A stretch of 64,000 bases of DNA, taken from positions 1 to 64,000 of the IMG/VR virus record IMGVR_UViG_3300023210_000011; one strand, 5' to 3'. This DNA is from a virus. Shown here one piece after another: positions 18,237-27,310 of the stretch (positions are counted from its first letter, which is position 1; each line of letters begins with the position of its first letter). The notes under the pieces are model-generated. The model was not told the DNA's origin, did no database searches, and was given only the letters and a program-made list of their open reading frames with translations. The position numbers were made by a program, and so were the translations under genes.

Positions 18237-19771
18237 TGGAACTCCGTGCCCATGAAGGCGTTGAGGGAGTCAGCGGGGACCGTGACGATGTCACGGCGAC
18301 CGCTGAGCTGGAGGCGGAGCGCGCCGATGGGCGCATTCTCGCCGTTGTCGTGGTCGACGTGGGGGATCCACGTCTCGGTGACCAGGAGATCCTGGTCCCC
18401 GTAGATGTCCGTGACGAGCCAGGTGGGCTCATCACCGATCTCCGAGACCACCGTGGGATCGCAGTCCCACGCGATGGTGATCTCCGTACCGGGGTCCACC
18501 TCCGCGTAGGTGAGCCCGAGCGGCCAGGGTGCGCCCTGGATGTTGCCGAACTTGAAGTCCAGCCCGCTCTCCTGTCCTCGGACGTGCATCCGCAGGGACT
18601 CGGGCCCCTGCGTGATGACCGACCGCGCCCCCGGGGCGCCCTCGTAGATCTCGATCGGGACCAGCATGGCCCGGCCGCCCTTCGAAGGGGTCCGGCTGGG
18701 GAGAGCCATGAAGATGCCCTCACCCGGCACACAGTCGTCCTCGGCCTCCGGGATGAGCTCCTGCTCGAACGAGCAGTCCCGGGTCATGACTCCCTCGCCG
18801 TCATCGAGACACTGCTCGATGCACTCCGAGACCTCCACGGGGTCCGCGGTCATCTCCCGGCACCAGTCCTCGCAGTAGCTGCGGAGGGCCTCGTCCTCAT
18901 CCTCTCCCCCGTCCTCGTTGTCGTTGAGGTTCGGGATCTCAGCGGTGCATTCCGCCGACCGCTCCGTGCCATCGCCACCCCACTCGAGGGCAGTCTTGGC
19001 CACGTGCGCGACCAGGTCGCTCTCGATGTGGGTCGAGAGACCGAACTCGATCCCGGCACCGCCGCTGCCGAACTCGAGAGAGACGTCTTCCGCCTCCACC
19101 CAGTCGTCCGCGAGGTACCTCGTGAGGTGGAGCCCGCAGGGGGCGTCGTTGTAGATCTCGGAGATCTCGGTATTGACGACGCCGCTCTCGGCGAGGATGC
19201 GCGGGTCCGGGTGGCTGAACCGGAAGCTGGCCACCGCGCCGTAGGCGGCGAAGAGCTCACCCACGAAGCCCTGCGGCTTCTGGCTCTCCGTACCGGCCGT
19301 CTGTGCAGCTCGGTACGACCAGCCGTCCGTACGCCCCCGCCCGTCACGGTCGATGACCGTCCCGTGGAAGCGGTCGTTGGCCCAGATCATACGACCGTGG
19401 GCGGGGCACCAGGTCAGGAGTGCCGCGTTCGCCCGCATGGGGGCGGTGACCAGCTTGTGGTCTCCGGCGGAGTCGCCACCGCTGACGCTGGTGACCCAGC
19501 GGTTCAGGGTGTACATCTCCTCTCGCGCGTAGCTGTCGGGGGCCTCCTGCAGATGCTTCTCGAGGAGGCACGCGTACCCGTCCGGGTACGGCAGACCGAC
19601 GGTGCTCTCGTACGGGTACGAGAGCGCATCAGATCCAGCGTGCTTCTGCCCCCACCGGACCTCCTGGCACTCGTGGCGCCCCTGGACGAAGAGGCTGTCG
19701 GGCTCGGGGTCCTCCTTCCCGTTGCATGCGGCGAGGGTCGCGAGGGTCGCGAGCAAAATCAGACGATTCAT
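18170..19771 (-). CDS. large acidic putative lipoprotein
   Basis: MNRLILLATLATLAA-CNGK signal II/lipobox; promoter motif at 19819. Confidence 0.75.
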   Translation of the reverse strand: MNRLILLATLATLAACNGKEDPEPDSLFVQGRHECQEVRWGQKHAGSDALSYPYESTVGLPYPDGYACLLEKHLQEAPDSYAREEMYTLNRWVTSVSGGDSAGDHKLVTAPMRANAALLTWCPAHGRMIWANDRFHGTVIDRDGRGRTDGWSYRAAQTAGTESQKPQGFVGELFAAYGAVASFRFSHPDPRILAESGVVNTEISEIYNDAPCGLHLTRYLADDWVEAEDVSLEFGSGGAGIEFGLSTHIESDLVAHVAKTALEWGGDGTERSAECTAEIPNLNDNEDGGEDEDEALRSYCEDWCREMTADPVEVSECIEQCLDDGEGVMTRDCSFEQELIPEAEDDCVPGEGIFMALPSRTPSKGGRAMLVPIEIYEGAPGARSVITQGPESLRMHVRGQESGLDFKFGNIQGAPWPLGLTYAEVDPGTEITIAWDCDPTVVSEIGDEPTWLVTDIYGDQDLLVTETWIPHVDHDNGENAPIGALRLQLSGRRDIVTVPADSLNAFMGTEFQWDHVNAEVTFGSQVFSARRLR

Positions 19772-19892
19772 TGTGTTTCTCACATTCGCAGTGCGGGTCT
19801 AATTGTCCCGTATGCTCGTTATGACCCCTAATGATAGGATTTTAAGCTAAAGAACCACCCACGAGAGGCGGCCCCTCGCGGAGCCGCCTTCT

Positions 19893-20663
19893 CTACTTCA
19901 CGCGCCGCAAGTCCTTCTTGCTCGCGCTCTTGCACCTCATCACGATCTCCTCCGCATCCATTGGCGGGAGAGTGAGGTCCTCCGGGAACGACGCCGGGCT
20001 GTGGACCAGCTCCCTCACGACACCCTCGAGGGTGTCGATCTCCCGGTACTCCTGCCGGGCCACGGTGACCCGGAACCAGAGCTTGGAGCCCGGGTTCTGG
20101 CAGAGCCACTCCCCGCCTCCGAGGGAGAGTGCCGTGCTCGGGCGCGCGCCGGGGCGCTTCTTCGGCGCCACCCCCCGGCGGAGGATCCCCTGGTGGTCCT
20201 CCCAGAGCCAGGAGTTCCGGCGGGAGCCGGTGAACTCCAGGAGGGCCAGCCCCCCACCATATAGGCGGCGGCGGTGGGGAACTCCATCCACCACCACAAC
20301 TTCCGCCGCCGGGACGACGTAGTCCCAGAGGTGTTGGAAGATGTGCCCCCCGACCGCGCTTCGACGGTCCATGCCCTCGCAGAGCTCCGAGTACACGGAG
20401 CTCCAGTTCCGTCCTACCTGCGCGCACAGGTAGCGGAACAACGGGGAGAGGTTCTCCCCAGGGCTCTTTCGGTCGTGCGTCCGGCCCCGTGGCCGGATGC
20501 TGCCCCGTCGGGGGGCGCTGTCGTCCTCTCGGACGGGCCCCCGAAGGCTCTTGACGCTCCCGTTGAGCACCGTGCCCTTGCCGCGGCCCTTGCCGCTGCG
20601 CCGCTGCCAGGACGCGCCCTCACGGTAGGTCTCGACCAGCTTCCTGGCCATGTCTTTTCGCAT
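19893..20663 (-). CDS. basic conserved hypothetical protein (ENLSPLFRYLCAQVGRNWSSVYSE)
   Basis: ORF track; AGGAG RBS; resembles an uncharacterised bacterial family as recalled, not verified. Confidence 0.7.
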   Translation of the reverse strand: MRKDMARKLVETYREGASWQRRSGKGRGKGTVLNGSVKSLRGPVREDDSAPRRGSIRPRGRTHDRKSPGENLSPLFRYLCAQVGRNWSSVYSELCEGMDRRSAVGGHIFQHLWDYVVPAAEVVVVDGVPHRRRLYGGGLALLEFTGSRRNSWLWEDHQGILRRGVAPKKRPGARPSTALSLGGGEWLCQNPGSKLWFRVTVARQEYREIDTLEGVVRELVHSPASFPEDLTLPPMDAEEIVMRCKSASKKDLRRVK

Positions 20664-21036
20664 CTGACACTCCTAATGGAAGAGGGGTGAGAGGGGCAGG
20701 GGGGTACCCTGCCCCTCTCGGGTGTTGCGAAGGGGCGACTCTCCCGCCCGTGTTGTTTTGCCTCTACGAGGGATGTCTCGCGTCAACGGCCTTCTGTGCC
20801 CTCCAGCATCTGCTGGTTTCCCCTCTGGTCCGGCTGGGCAGCCGTAGTGCGCTTAAACATCCCGAATCCTTTCCGCGCTCTACGTCAGGGGGATGGAGGT
20901 CCCGTCACCGGGGGACCTCTTCCTGGCGCTGCCGCCAGGCGAGGACTTGATTGGGCGCGTCAGCGTCATACCCCCAGTCAAGCGTCAAGGCATAGCCTTC
21001 CCTCTACTACTATTATGCCGTTTTTCGGCGGGGAAT

Positions 21037-21630
21037 TTACTCCCCCGTCGGAGTCTCGAACGCCGCCGCGATCGCCTCGAAGACCCGGTCCGGGCAGAAC
21101 CCGTCGCGGGGCTGCGGCGATGAGATGTGGCAGTGGTCGCAGAACCACTGGAATCCGGAGGTTCCCGGGTTGTGTTCCCACTCGTGGTGACACCTGGACA
21201 TCACGTCCTGGACCCGCCACTTCAGTCCGGGATCTACGGTGGCCACATCCTCGCGCCACAGATCCTGCAGATCCCCCAGGCGGGACATCATATTGATTTC
21301 GGGCTGCCCCTTCTCGAAGACAGTCAGCTCGCCGCGCACGGCCGCCTCCGAGAGTCCGGGGAGGCGCGGCTCCCCCGTGTAGACCCAGCAGGAAGCGCAC
21401 CCCTGCTTCCGCGTGTCCCTCGACACGTCTGTCCAAAGACCCTCGAGGCCATCGGTGATCACCACCGACTTGGGCCCGATCTCGAGCATACTGAAGGCGG
21501 CATACGCCGCCTCACCGTTGTTCCCCGTCACCACCGTGATGGTGCTGTCGGGGAATCTGAGCCTGATCCGCCTCTTCAGGGCGTACGCCGCCCTGATGTC
21601 GTCTTCCACGATGTAGACATGCATCTGCAC
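21037..21630 (-). CDS. CheY-like receiver domain protein with C-terminal Cys/His finger
   Basis: VYIVEDD, VVITDG (phospho-Asp position), VYTG, FEKG; C-terminal CHHEW...CDHC. Confidence 0.7.
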   Translation of the reverse strand: MQMHVYIVEDDIRAAYALKRRIRLRFPDSTITVVTGNNGEAAYAAFSMLEIGPKSVVITDGLEGLWTDVSRDTRKQGCASCWVYTGEPRLPGLSEAAVRGELTVFEKGQPEINMMSRLGDLQDLWREDVATVDPGLKWRVQDVMSRCHHEWEHNPGTSGFQWFCDHCHISSPQPRDGFCPDRVFEAIAAAFETPTGE

Positions 21631-21690
21631 CTCCTACAGGTTGAGTCCTGTAGGAGACTTATGCCGTGATAGACAGCCGGTTTCGGGTGT

Positions 21691-21822
21691 CTACGCGATG
21701 GCGATGTCCGCGCAAACCGAGATCCAGTTCCACCAGATGATCACCATGGTGGGCTGCTCCTCCATCCAGTCCAGGAGCTCATCCCAGCTCTCAGATTCGA
21801 CTGTGTCAGCATCCGCCACCAT
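21691..21822 (-). CDS. small hypothetical protein
   Basis: 3' part of ORF 21691..21969; GGAGG upstream of ATG 21822. Confidence 0.4.
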   Translation of the reverse strand: MVADADTVESESWDELLDWMEEQPTMVIIWWNWISVCADIAIA

Positions 21823-21901
21823 ACTGCCTCCGGGGTCACAGCTAACGTATCGCGCGAGTGCGCCCTGGCCGCCCACAAGGGACGGCCAGGGCACGGAGAT
21901 C

Positions 21902-22363
21902 TCAGGAGGCGGAGCGGAGCGCCTTGATGCGCTCCGTCTCCGCGTTCTTCTGCTTGACCTCGAGCTCACCCTCGCGCGTCTGCGCGAGGGTGAGCTGCGC
22001 CTCGGCGAGGCGCAGCTGCGCCTCCGCCTCGGTCTCCCGCACCGCCGCCTCCTCGGCGGCGACGTCGAGCGCGCGCATCGCGACGCGCTCGGCGACGGGC
22101 AGGACCGCCGCCGTGAGATTGTTGAGACCCTTGAGGCTCACCTGGAGGGCCCTGCGGCCCTCCTTGGCGAGATTCGAGCGGAGGGCCACGTAGCCCTCCG
22201 CCCCGACGGAGGTGGCCAGGGCCACCTCCGCCTCGGCCATCTTACTGGCCAGCGTGATCTCGGCGAGGCCCAGGGCCTCGCCGACGTCCAGGGCCCGCAG
22301 GCCCAGGATGCGGACGAGCTTGCGCTCGCCCTCGTCCGACTTCATCCGCTTCTTCCGTCCCAT
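21902..22363 (-). CDS. coiled-coil hypothetical protein
   Basis: ORF track; AGGAGG RBS; promoter motif at 22418. Confidence 0.7.
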   Translation of the reverse strand: MGRKKRMKSDEGERKLVRILGLRALDVGEALGLAEITLASKMAEAEVALATSVGAEGYVALRSNLAKEGRRALQVSLKGLNNLTAAVLPVAERVAMRALDVAAEEAAVRETEAEAQLRLAEAQLTLAQTREGELEVKQKNAETERIKALRSAS

Positions 22364-22440
22364 TGTGCCCTCCTGGGCAAGTGGAGAGGTTGGTCATACT
22401 CCTCCCCACTACTATATTTATGCCCGAAATCAGCCTGTAT

Positions 22441-22728
22441 TTACAGACTGAGATCGATACCGTTGACTGCGAATGCCGCAGCGGCGTAGGAGATCTCAGT
22501 CTCCGTGGCTCCCATGGCCTGCCGGAGAACATGCCGCGTCATAGCGGCCGTCTGCGCCTCCTCCGTCAGGGAAGACCACCACTCCCGCGCCGCTCCGGGG
22601 TAGCCCTTGTAGGCCAGGTAGCCGACGTAGTCGGTGACCATGCGGAACTCTCGATCCGCCACCTTCAGGATCCCCTCGGGGACTCCGGTGACCTCTATTG
22701 AGGACTCGATCGTAGGAATACGAAGCAT
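22441..22728 (-). CDS. hypothetical protein
   Basis: ORF track; GGAGG RBS; promoter motif at 22765. Confidence 0.65.
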   Translation of the reverse strand: MLRIPTIESSIEVTGVPEGILKVADREFRMVTDYVGYLAYKGYPGAAREWWSSLTEEAQTAAMTRHVLRQAMGATETEISYAAAAFAVNGIDLSL

Positions 22729-22914
22729 TGGACGCCTCCAGTGTTGAAGTCCTTAGCTTCATTGTTATGCCTCCGTATAGGGAGAAATTGCACAAGCTAA
22801 GGCAACAAATCTGTACAGCCCGCACAGAGGCGGGCCCAGAAAAGTGCGGGGAGAGGGCAGCTTTTACCTGCTTTCCCGAGAGCTTTCGCTCTCCGTTACG
22901 TCTCCATCACCTCT

Positions 22915-23028
22915 TCAGAGGTTCAGGAGGGCGTGCAGTTTGCGCTGCGCCGCCGGGCGAGAGGTCGCGAAGACCACCTCGACACTGCCGTCGCTCATCA
23001 CAAACCGAAACGCACGAAGCTGGGGCAT
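22915..23028 (-). CDS. 37-aa hypothetical protein (MPQLRAFRFVMSDGSVEVV...)
   Basis: translated by hand; GGAGG RBS; promoter motif at 23094. Confidence 0.5.
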   Translation of the reverse strand: MPQLRAFRFVMSDGSVEVVFATSRPAAQRKLHALLNL

Positions 23029-23211
23029 TGAACCCTCCGTGAATTTCTCGAGAGACTACAGTACACCGCGTACTGCTCTCCTCTCTACTTATATTATGCC
23101 CGGAACTGACCCGTATTTTACGTTTCTGCATGATAGGATATGCAAGTTAAAGAGGAAGCCCAGCTTTTGCCTGGTACCTCTACCGCCAGACGAGAGCGGC
23201 ACTTTTCGACG

Positions 23212-23649
23212 TCAGCCTTCCAGCTCGAATCCGCCGACCAAGTCGGAGACCCAACCCCACTGCACGTCTTCGACGCCGTGGAACCCCAGAATCCGCGTCA
23301 CTTTCGTGCGCTTCCTGAAGTTGGACCCGCCTTTCAGCGACTCTGGATTGAACTCCACCCCGTGCTGCGTGCAGATCTCCGCCCAGGTGTCAAACCGGGC
23401 AGCGAACTTCACGCAGCTCGAGTGGCCGAGACCTTTCGGAATCGTCCACCCGAGCACACTCGGGACTGCTTGGCCGAGAAGAGCCCAGAGGCAGAACCAG
23501 ACGTCATTCCACTCCTCGCGGATGTGGGGGACGTCCAGGTCCCTGACTGCCTCGGCGAGTTCATGGAACTCCCCAAAACAGAACCTCCAGGTCATCGGAC
23601 CTGCCAGAAGATGACGCCTCAGGTCTGAGACCTTGAAGTGTTTCTTCAT
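23212..23649 (-). CDS. hypothetical protein, probably leaderless mRNA
   Basis: ORF track; ATG lies about 7 nt downstream of the -10-like element at 23657; no RBS. Confidence 0.65.
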   Translation of the reverse strand: MKKHFKVSDLRRHLLAGPMTWRFCFGEFHELAEAVRDLDVPHIREEWNDVWFCLWALLGQAVPSVLGWTIPKGLGHSSCVKFAARFDTWAEICTQHGVEFNPESLKGGSNFRKRTKVTRILGFHGVEDVQWGWVSDLVGGFELEG

Positions 23650-23656
23650 ATCTATG

Positions 23657-23682
23657 TTATGCCCGTTCTACGGGCTAAATTT
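23657..23682 (-). promoter_or_regulatory. phage early-type promoter motif copy
   Basis: TTATGC with AAATTT 20 nt away. Confidence 0.65.
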
Positions 23683-23720
23683 GACATCGGGGCGGGGGCC
23701 CGAAGGCCCCCACCCACGCT

Positions 23721-25160
23721 TCACGCCATCGCTCCGTCGATCAGCTCCTGAACGCTCCACTTGGGGTGCGCGTCCTGGAGCTCGAGACACTTCTCCAAGA
23801 TCGGGCCAAAGTGCCATCCCGGCTTCATCTTCCGTGCAATCAGGTCCCGGCCCTGCACCTTCGGATCCGGAGGAGCGTTCTCGAACTCCGCCGCCCGGTC
23901 CAGAACCAACTGGGAGGTCTTGTGGTTCCAGTCGGGACTGCCAGTCTTGAGGGACCGAGTCTTCCAGTCTGCCGAGGTGGCGCATGAATCGCACTGGCAG
24001 ACACTCGCCAGATGCCGCAGAGTGAGGCCGCACGCCCCGAGGCGCCGGTGGAGCCTCGCCCACGCACCGCCCGACGCGTTCCCCTGCATGAGGTTCCACG
24101 GCTGCATGTGCTCACCAACCAAGCACGTGACCTTCTGCCGGAGCTTCTTTCCGCCCCGCTCCCCCGTGAATCGGGAGAGGAATAGATCTGCGGGAGCCCT
24201 CCCCTTCTGGTCGTGTCCCCAGGCGGTCCACAGCCGCTCCTTGGGCGCCTCGTCCCGGGCCACCATCTCCGGAGTGATAGTGGTCAGCGGCTTTCCGATG
24301 TCATGCAGGAAAGCCGCCAGCATGATGACCAGGCGATCCTCCTCGGGCAAGAAGCTCCGGAGCTCAGCCGCCGCATCCAAGGCCAGCAGGCTGTGCACCA
24401 TGACATTGCCCTCTGGGTGGTGATCCGGGCTCTGACCGGTACTCGCCAGCGCCGACAGCTCCGGAGCCATGAACTCCCAGAGTCCGAGGTCGCTGGCCAG
24501 CTGGACCCCGATGCTCGGCTTCTCGGCCTTGAGCATCAGCTTCTCCAGCTCCGCGAAGAGCCGCTCCGGGGGCAGATGCTCCGTCTCCCGCACCATGCTG
24601 CGCATCAGCAGCATGGTGTGTGGGTCCACCGATAGGGCCTTCCGGGGAAGGAGCTGGACGGCCCTCCACACACGAAGGGAGTCCTCCCGGAAGAGGTCGG
24701 GATCCGTTGCCCGGAGAACCCCAAAAGACAGGTCCCGGAGCCCACCCCACTCATCCACAATCTCGCCCGTAGCGATGTCCATCGCCAGGGTGTTGATCGT
24801 GAAGTCGCGACGGCGGGCAGCCTCGCGCACAGACATCGTGGGGTCCACCTCCACCACGAAGTCCTTGTGTCCCTTGCCGACCTTGTTGTCGGTGCGCGGC
24901 ACGTTGATGTCGACGTCCACCCCATCGACGTTCAGCTTGAGGATGCCGAAGGCCCGACCAGCCTCCTTGACGGGATGGTCGGGGAAGAGGGCCGTGATCT
25001 GGTCGAAGTCGAGGCCGAACACCTCGAGATCCCAGTCCTTCGCGGCCCGGTCGCAAAGGAGGTCGATGACAGAGCCACCGACCAGAAGAGCGCGGCCCCC
25101 GCCGCGCTGGATTCGCCGAGCCACCATGTGGACCTCAGCAGGGATTGCGTGGGTGTTCAT
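23721..25160 (-). CDS. cca: class II tRNA nucleotidyltransferase (CCA-adding enzyme) with HD domain
   Basis: LVGGSVIDLL..KDWDLEV, RRRDFTINTL, FREDSLRVWRA, HPEGNVMVHS, AFLHDIGKP; start refined to ATG 25160 after AGGAGG. Confidence 0.92.
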   Translation of the reverse strand: MNTHAIPAEVHMVARRIQRGGGRALLVGGSVIDLLCDRAAKDWDLEVFGLDFDQITALFPDHPVKEAGRAFGILKLNVDGVDVDINVPRTDNKVGKGHKDFVVEVDPTMSVREAARRRDFTINTLAMDIATGEIVDEWGGLRDLSFGVLRATDPDLFREDSLRVWRAVQLLPRKALSVDPHTMLLMRSMVRETEHLPPERLFAELEKLMLKAEKPSIGVQLASDLGLWEFMAPELSALASTGQSPDHHPEGNVMVHSLLALDAAAELRSFLPEEDRLVIMLAAFLHDIGKPLTTITPEMVARDEAPKERLWTAWGHDQKGRAPADLFLSRFTGERGGKKLRQKVTCLVGEHMQPWNLMQGNASGGAWARLHRRLGACGLTLRHLASVCQCDSCATSADWKTRSLKTGSPDWNHKTSQLVLDRAAEFENAPPDPKVQGRDLIARKMKPGWHFGPILEKCLELQDAHPKWSVQELIDGAMA

Positions 25161-25224
25161 GTTCCCTCCTACTCCCTTATGCCGTGTTGTTTCGGCCTTT
25201 TGAGGGCTAAGATTTCGGCATGAT

Positions 25225-25540
25225 GGCGGGCCCCACCCGGGGCCCGCCTGGTCTCTTGGTCTCACACGCCCACGTGGGGCCAAGTGAGCTCGTGGGAGAG
25301 CACAGGACTCCCTTCTTCTACCTCCCGGCAAGCCGCCCAACTGGACAGCCTGCGCACAAAGGGGGCAGGAGTCCTGCGCCGTTACCGTACTACCAGCGAC
25401 CCCTCACCTTCCGGTGAGACAACACGCGCCCCGCGCTTTCGCGCTTAAGGTCCCGCCAAGGGACCAGGGTATCTCCCTTTCGGGGGCACGGTTGAGAGCG
25501 ACGTCACCACTGATGTTGGGCGCCCTCTGGTCACTATGTT
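25225..25540 (-). ncRNA. candidate structured RNA (ORF-poor unit with GNRA hairpins)
   Basis: own promoter motif (25555) and terminal hairpin (25226-25248); several GAAA/GGAA-capped hairpins and a 12-bp long-range helix. Confidence 0.45.
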
Positions 25541-25606
25541 CCTCTCTATACATATTATGCCCGAATACGGGCACTATTTAAGCCAGCGGCCCCGGCCCGC
25601 CCCCAT

Positions 25607-25753
25607 TCAGGGGCGGGCCGGCTTCTTCATCTTCTTTGGCTTGGTGTAGAACACCGGACAGCCCTTCCGACTGCACGCCACCGTCACGATGGTGGCCTTC
25701 TCTCGCTCGATTAGCTCGCCCCCGCAGCGGCTGCACCAATCCACTACCTTCAC
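25607..25753 (-). CDS. small zinc-ribbon protein
   Basis: CSRC...CSRKGC; GTGA coupling. Confidence 0.6.
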   Translation of the reverse strand: MKVVDWCSRCGGELIEREKATIVTVACSRKGCPVFYTKPKKMKKPARP

Positions 25754-26019
25754 GGCGTCCCTCGAAGCGCGGAAAGGAACTCGAGGTACGAGGTCTCGAA
25801 CTCCGGACACGGGACCGGATTCTTTCCCGAGTTCCCGGTCATGACCCGCTCCTGCGGGAGCTTCCACCCGCTGTCCTCAATCTCGACCGTGTCGCAGCGG
25901 TGAACCGTCCACACGCCCCGCCACTCAACCGAGGCCATCCCCGGGACGCCCTCACCAACGGGGACGGGGTCAGGCGGCGTCCCAATCCCAATACACCCAC
26001 ACGGGTACTTGTACAGCAT
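25750..26019 (-). CDS. hypothetical protein (YPCGC)
   Basis: ORF track; AGGAGG RBS; promoter motif at 26044. Confidence 0.65.
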   Translation of the reverse strand: MLYKYPCGCIGIGTPPDPVPVGEGVPGMASVEWRGVWTVHRCDTVEIEDSGWKLPQERVMTGNSGKNPVPCPEFETSYLEFLSALRGTP

Positions 26020-26070
26020 ATGAACCTCCTTGGCTCATACACCTTATGCCCCAATAGAGGTCGGTTTTGG

Positions 26071-26259
26071 CTATGTGGGATCGATGAGCCACAGGGGGCA
26101 CACCACCTCGACTCCCTCTTCGTAGTGCCGCTTCTTGGGGATCCAGACGTAGCCCTCGGGGGTGTCCACCAGGCAGGACTCCTCGGTGCATTGATCGATC
26201 ACACATTCGGGGACTGTGGGCTGCTTGAACGCGAGCAGAACAGCGAGGGCCATGAGCAT
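26071..26259 (-). CDS. small secreted or membrane hypothetical protein
   Basis: hydrophobic N-terminus MLMALAVLLAF. Confidence 0.5.
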   Translation of the reverse strand: MLMALAVLLAFKQPTVPECVIDQCTEESCLVDTPEGYVWIPKKRHYEEGVEVVCPLWLIDPT

Positions 26260-26367
26260 GATAGGGATCCCAGTGGAAGCCCTCTGGTGTAGCACGGCGG
26301 CTAAAGAGTTGTCCCGCGCCCAGGCGCAGGCGAGCCCCCGAAGGGACCCGCCTGCGCCACACTGTGC

Positions 26368-27183
26368 TCAGGCGAACTTCAGGAACACCGGCCAGACCGT
26401 GTCCCAGCCGAGGCTGGAACGCAGTCCGCCCTCCTTGCGGGGGGCGCCGCCGATGGTGCTGCCGCCGCCCCACCCGTCCTCGATCTCGTTCATGGCAGCC
26501 AGGAAGCCGGGGATGTCCCCGGGTGCGAAGTCCGACCGCTTGCCGACGGTCCAGCCGAAGGTCCCCTCCGGGCCGGGGACCTTCGCCAGCGCCATGATGG
26601 CGCCGGCGGCGTAGGCGGCGGCGAAGTCTCCGCTGACCTCCACCACATTGCCGTTCTTGTCCACGCCGTGCACGGGGCACGGCGGGAACGCGAAGGGCTC
26701 CGGGAGCTGCTCGTCTCCGTGGTCGTACCAGCAGCAGATGTGCTGCTGGTCCTCCCACATCATGTCCCGCGTCTGCGCGACGCGGGGATTCCGCGAGAGA
26801 ATCTTGTGGAGCTTCTCCGGCTTCCGAACCGGCCCGTGGCTGTCCACGAACCCGATGGCCCGGACCAGGTTCCGGACCCGGTCGTCGACCTTGTCCGGGT
26901 TCATCAGCAGCCACAGGCTCAGGCTGCCGTCGGCATCGAGGTCGTTCAAGACGATCTCCATGCCCTCGGGGTTGAACCCGAGGTCGAGGGCGAGCAAGAC
27001 CTGCTCGCAGGTGGAGAGGGTTGCGAAGCGCGAGCACTCCGCGTGGTGGTCGAAGGAGTACGACCGCTTCTCGACGTCGATCTTGGGGCCCCGGCAGGCC
27101 CCGTCGAGGTAGATGGTGCCCGGGGCCATCTCCTCGGGGTTGATGGTGGAACCATAGCGGAAAGTGACGACGGTGTCGCCCAT
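26368..27183 (-). CDS. DHH-superfamily phosphoesterase-like protein
   Basis: YLDG, SFDHH, LNDLDADG (DxD), VDSHG, C-terminal GWGGGSTIGG. Confidence 0.55.
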   Translation of the reverse strand: MGDTVVTFRYGSTINPEEMAPGTIYLDGACRGPKIDVEKRSYSFDHHAECSRFATLSTCEQVLLALDLGFNPEGMEIVLNDLDADGSLSLWLLMNPDKVDDRVRNLVRAIGFVDSHGPVRKPEKLHKILSRNPRVAQTRDMMWEDQQHICCWYDHGDEQLPEPFAFPPCPVHGVDKNGNVVEVSGDFAAAYAAGAIMALAKVPGPEGTFGWTVGKRSDFAPGDIPGFLAAMNEIEDGWGGGSTIGGAPRKEGGLRSSLGWDTVWPVFLKFA

Positions 27184-27310
27184 GTGATGTTCCGAAGCAG
27201 GCAGGGAAAGAACGCACCACTCACGAGCCCGAGGGCCGCCTGCGTGTGGGTGATGCGCGAATCAAGGTGCAGCCAGCCTCAACCCGTAGGGAGGCCAACC
27301 GCGGTATTTG

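Noticed and set aside
18227-19831. 534-aa plus-strand ORF (and similar long antisense ORFs at 653..1933, 3116..4591, 36199..38163, 43177..44274, 47264..48406, 50853..52193, 60585..61682)
   Set aside because: They lie antisense to well-supported genes with RBSs and motifs. They are typical shadow ORFs from high third-position GC and have no recognisable domains.
25225-25540. RNase P RNA, SRP RNA or canonical group I intron
   Set aside because: It lacks GAGGAAAGUCC and the P4 signature, the SRP AGCAG internal loop, and the bulged G-binding site in P7.
27190-27310. Possible HDV-like (theta) ribozyme downstream of the tRNA-like RNA
   Set aside because: A CC-TCCCTAC-GG loop resembles L3, but no G-initiated P1 or J4/2 could be built by eye.
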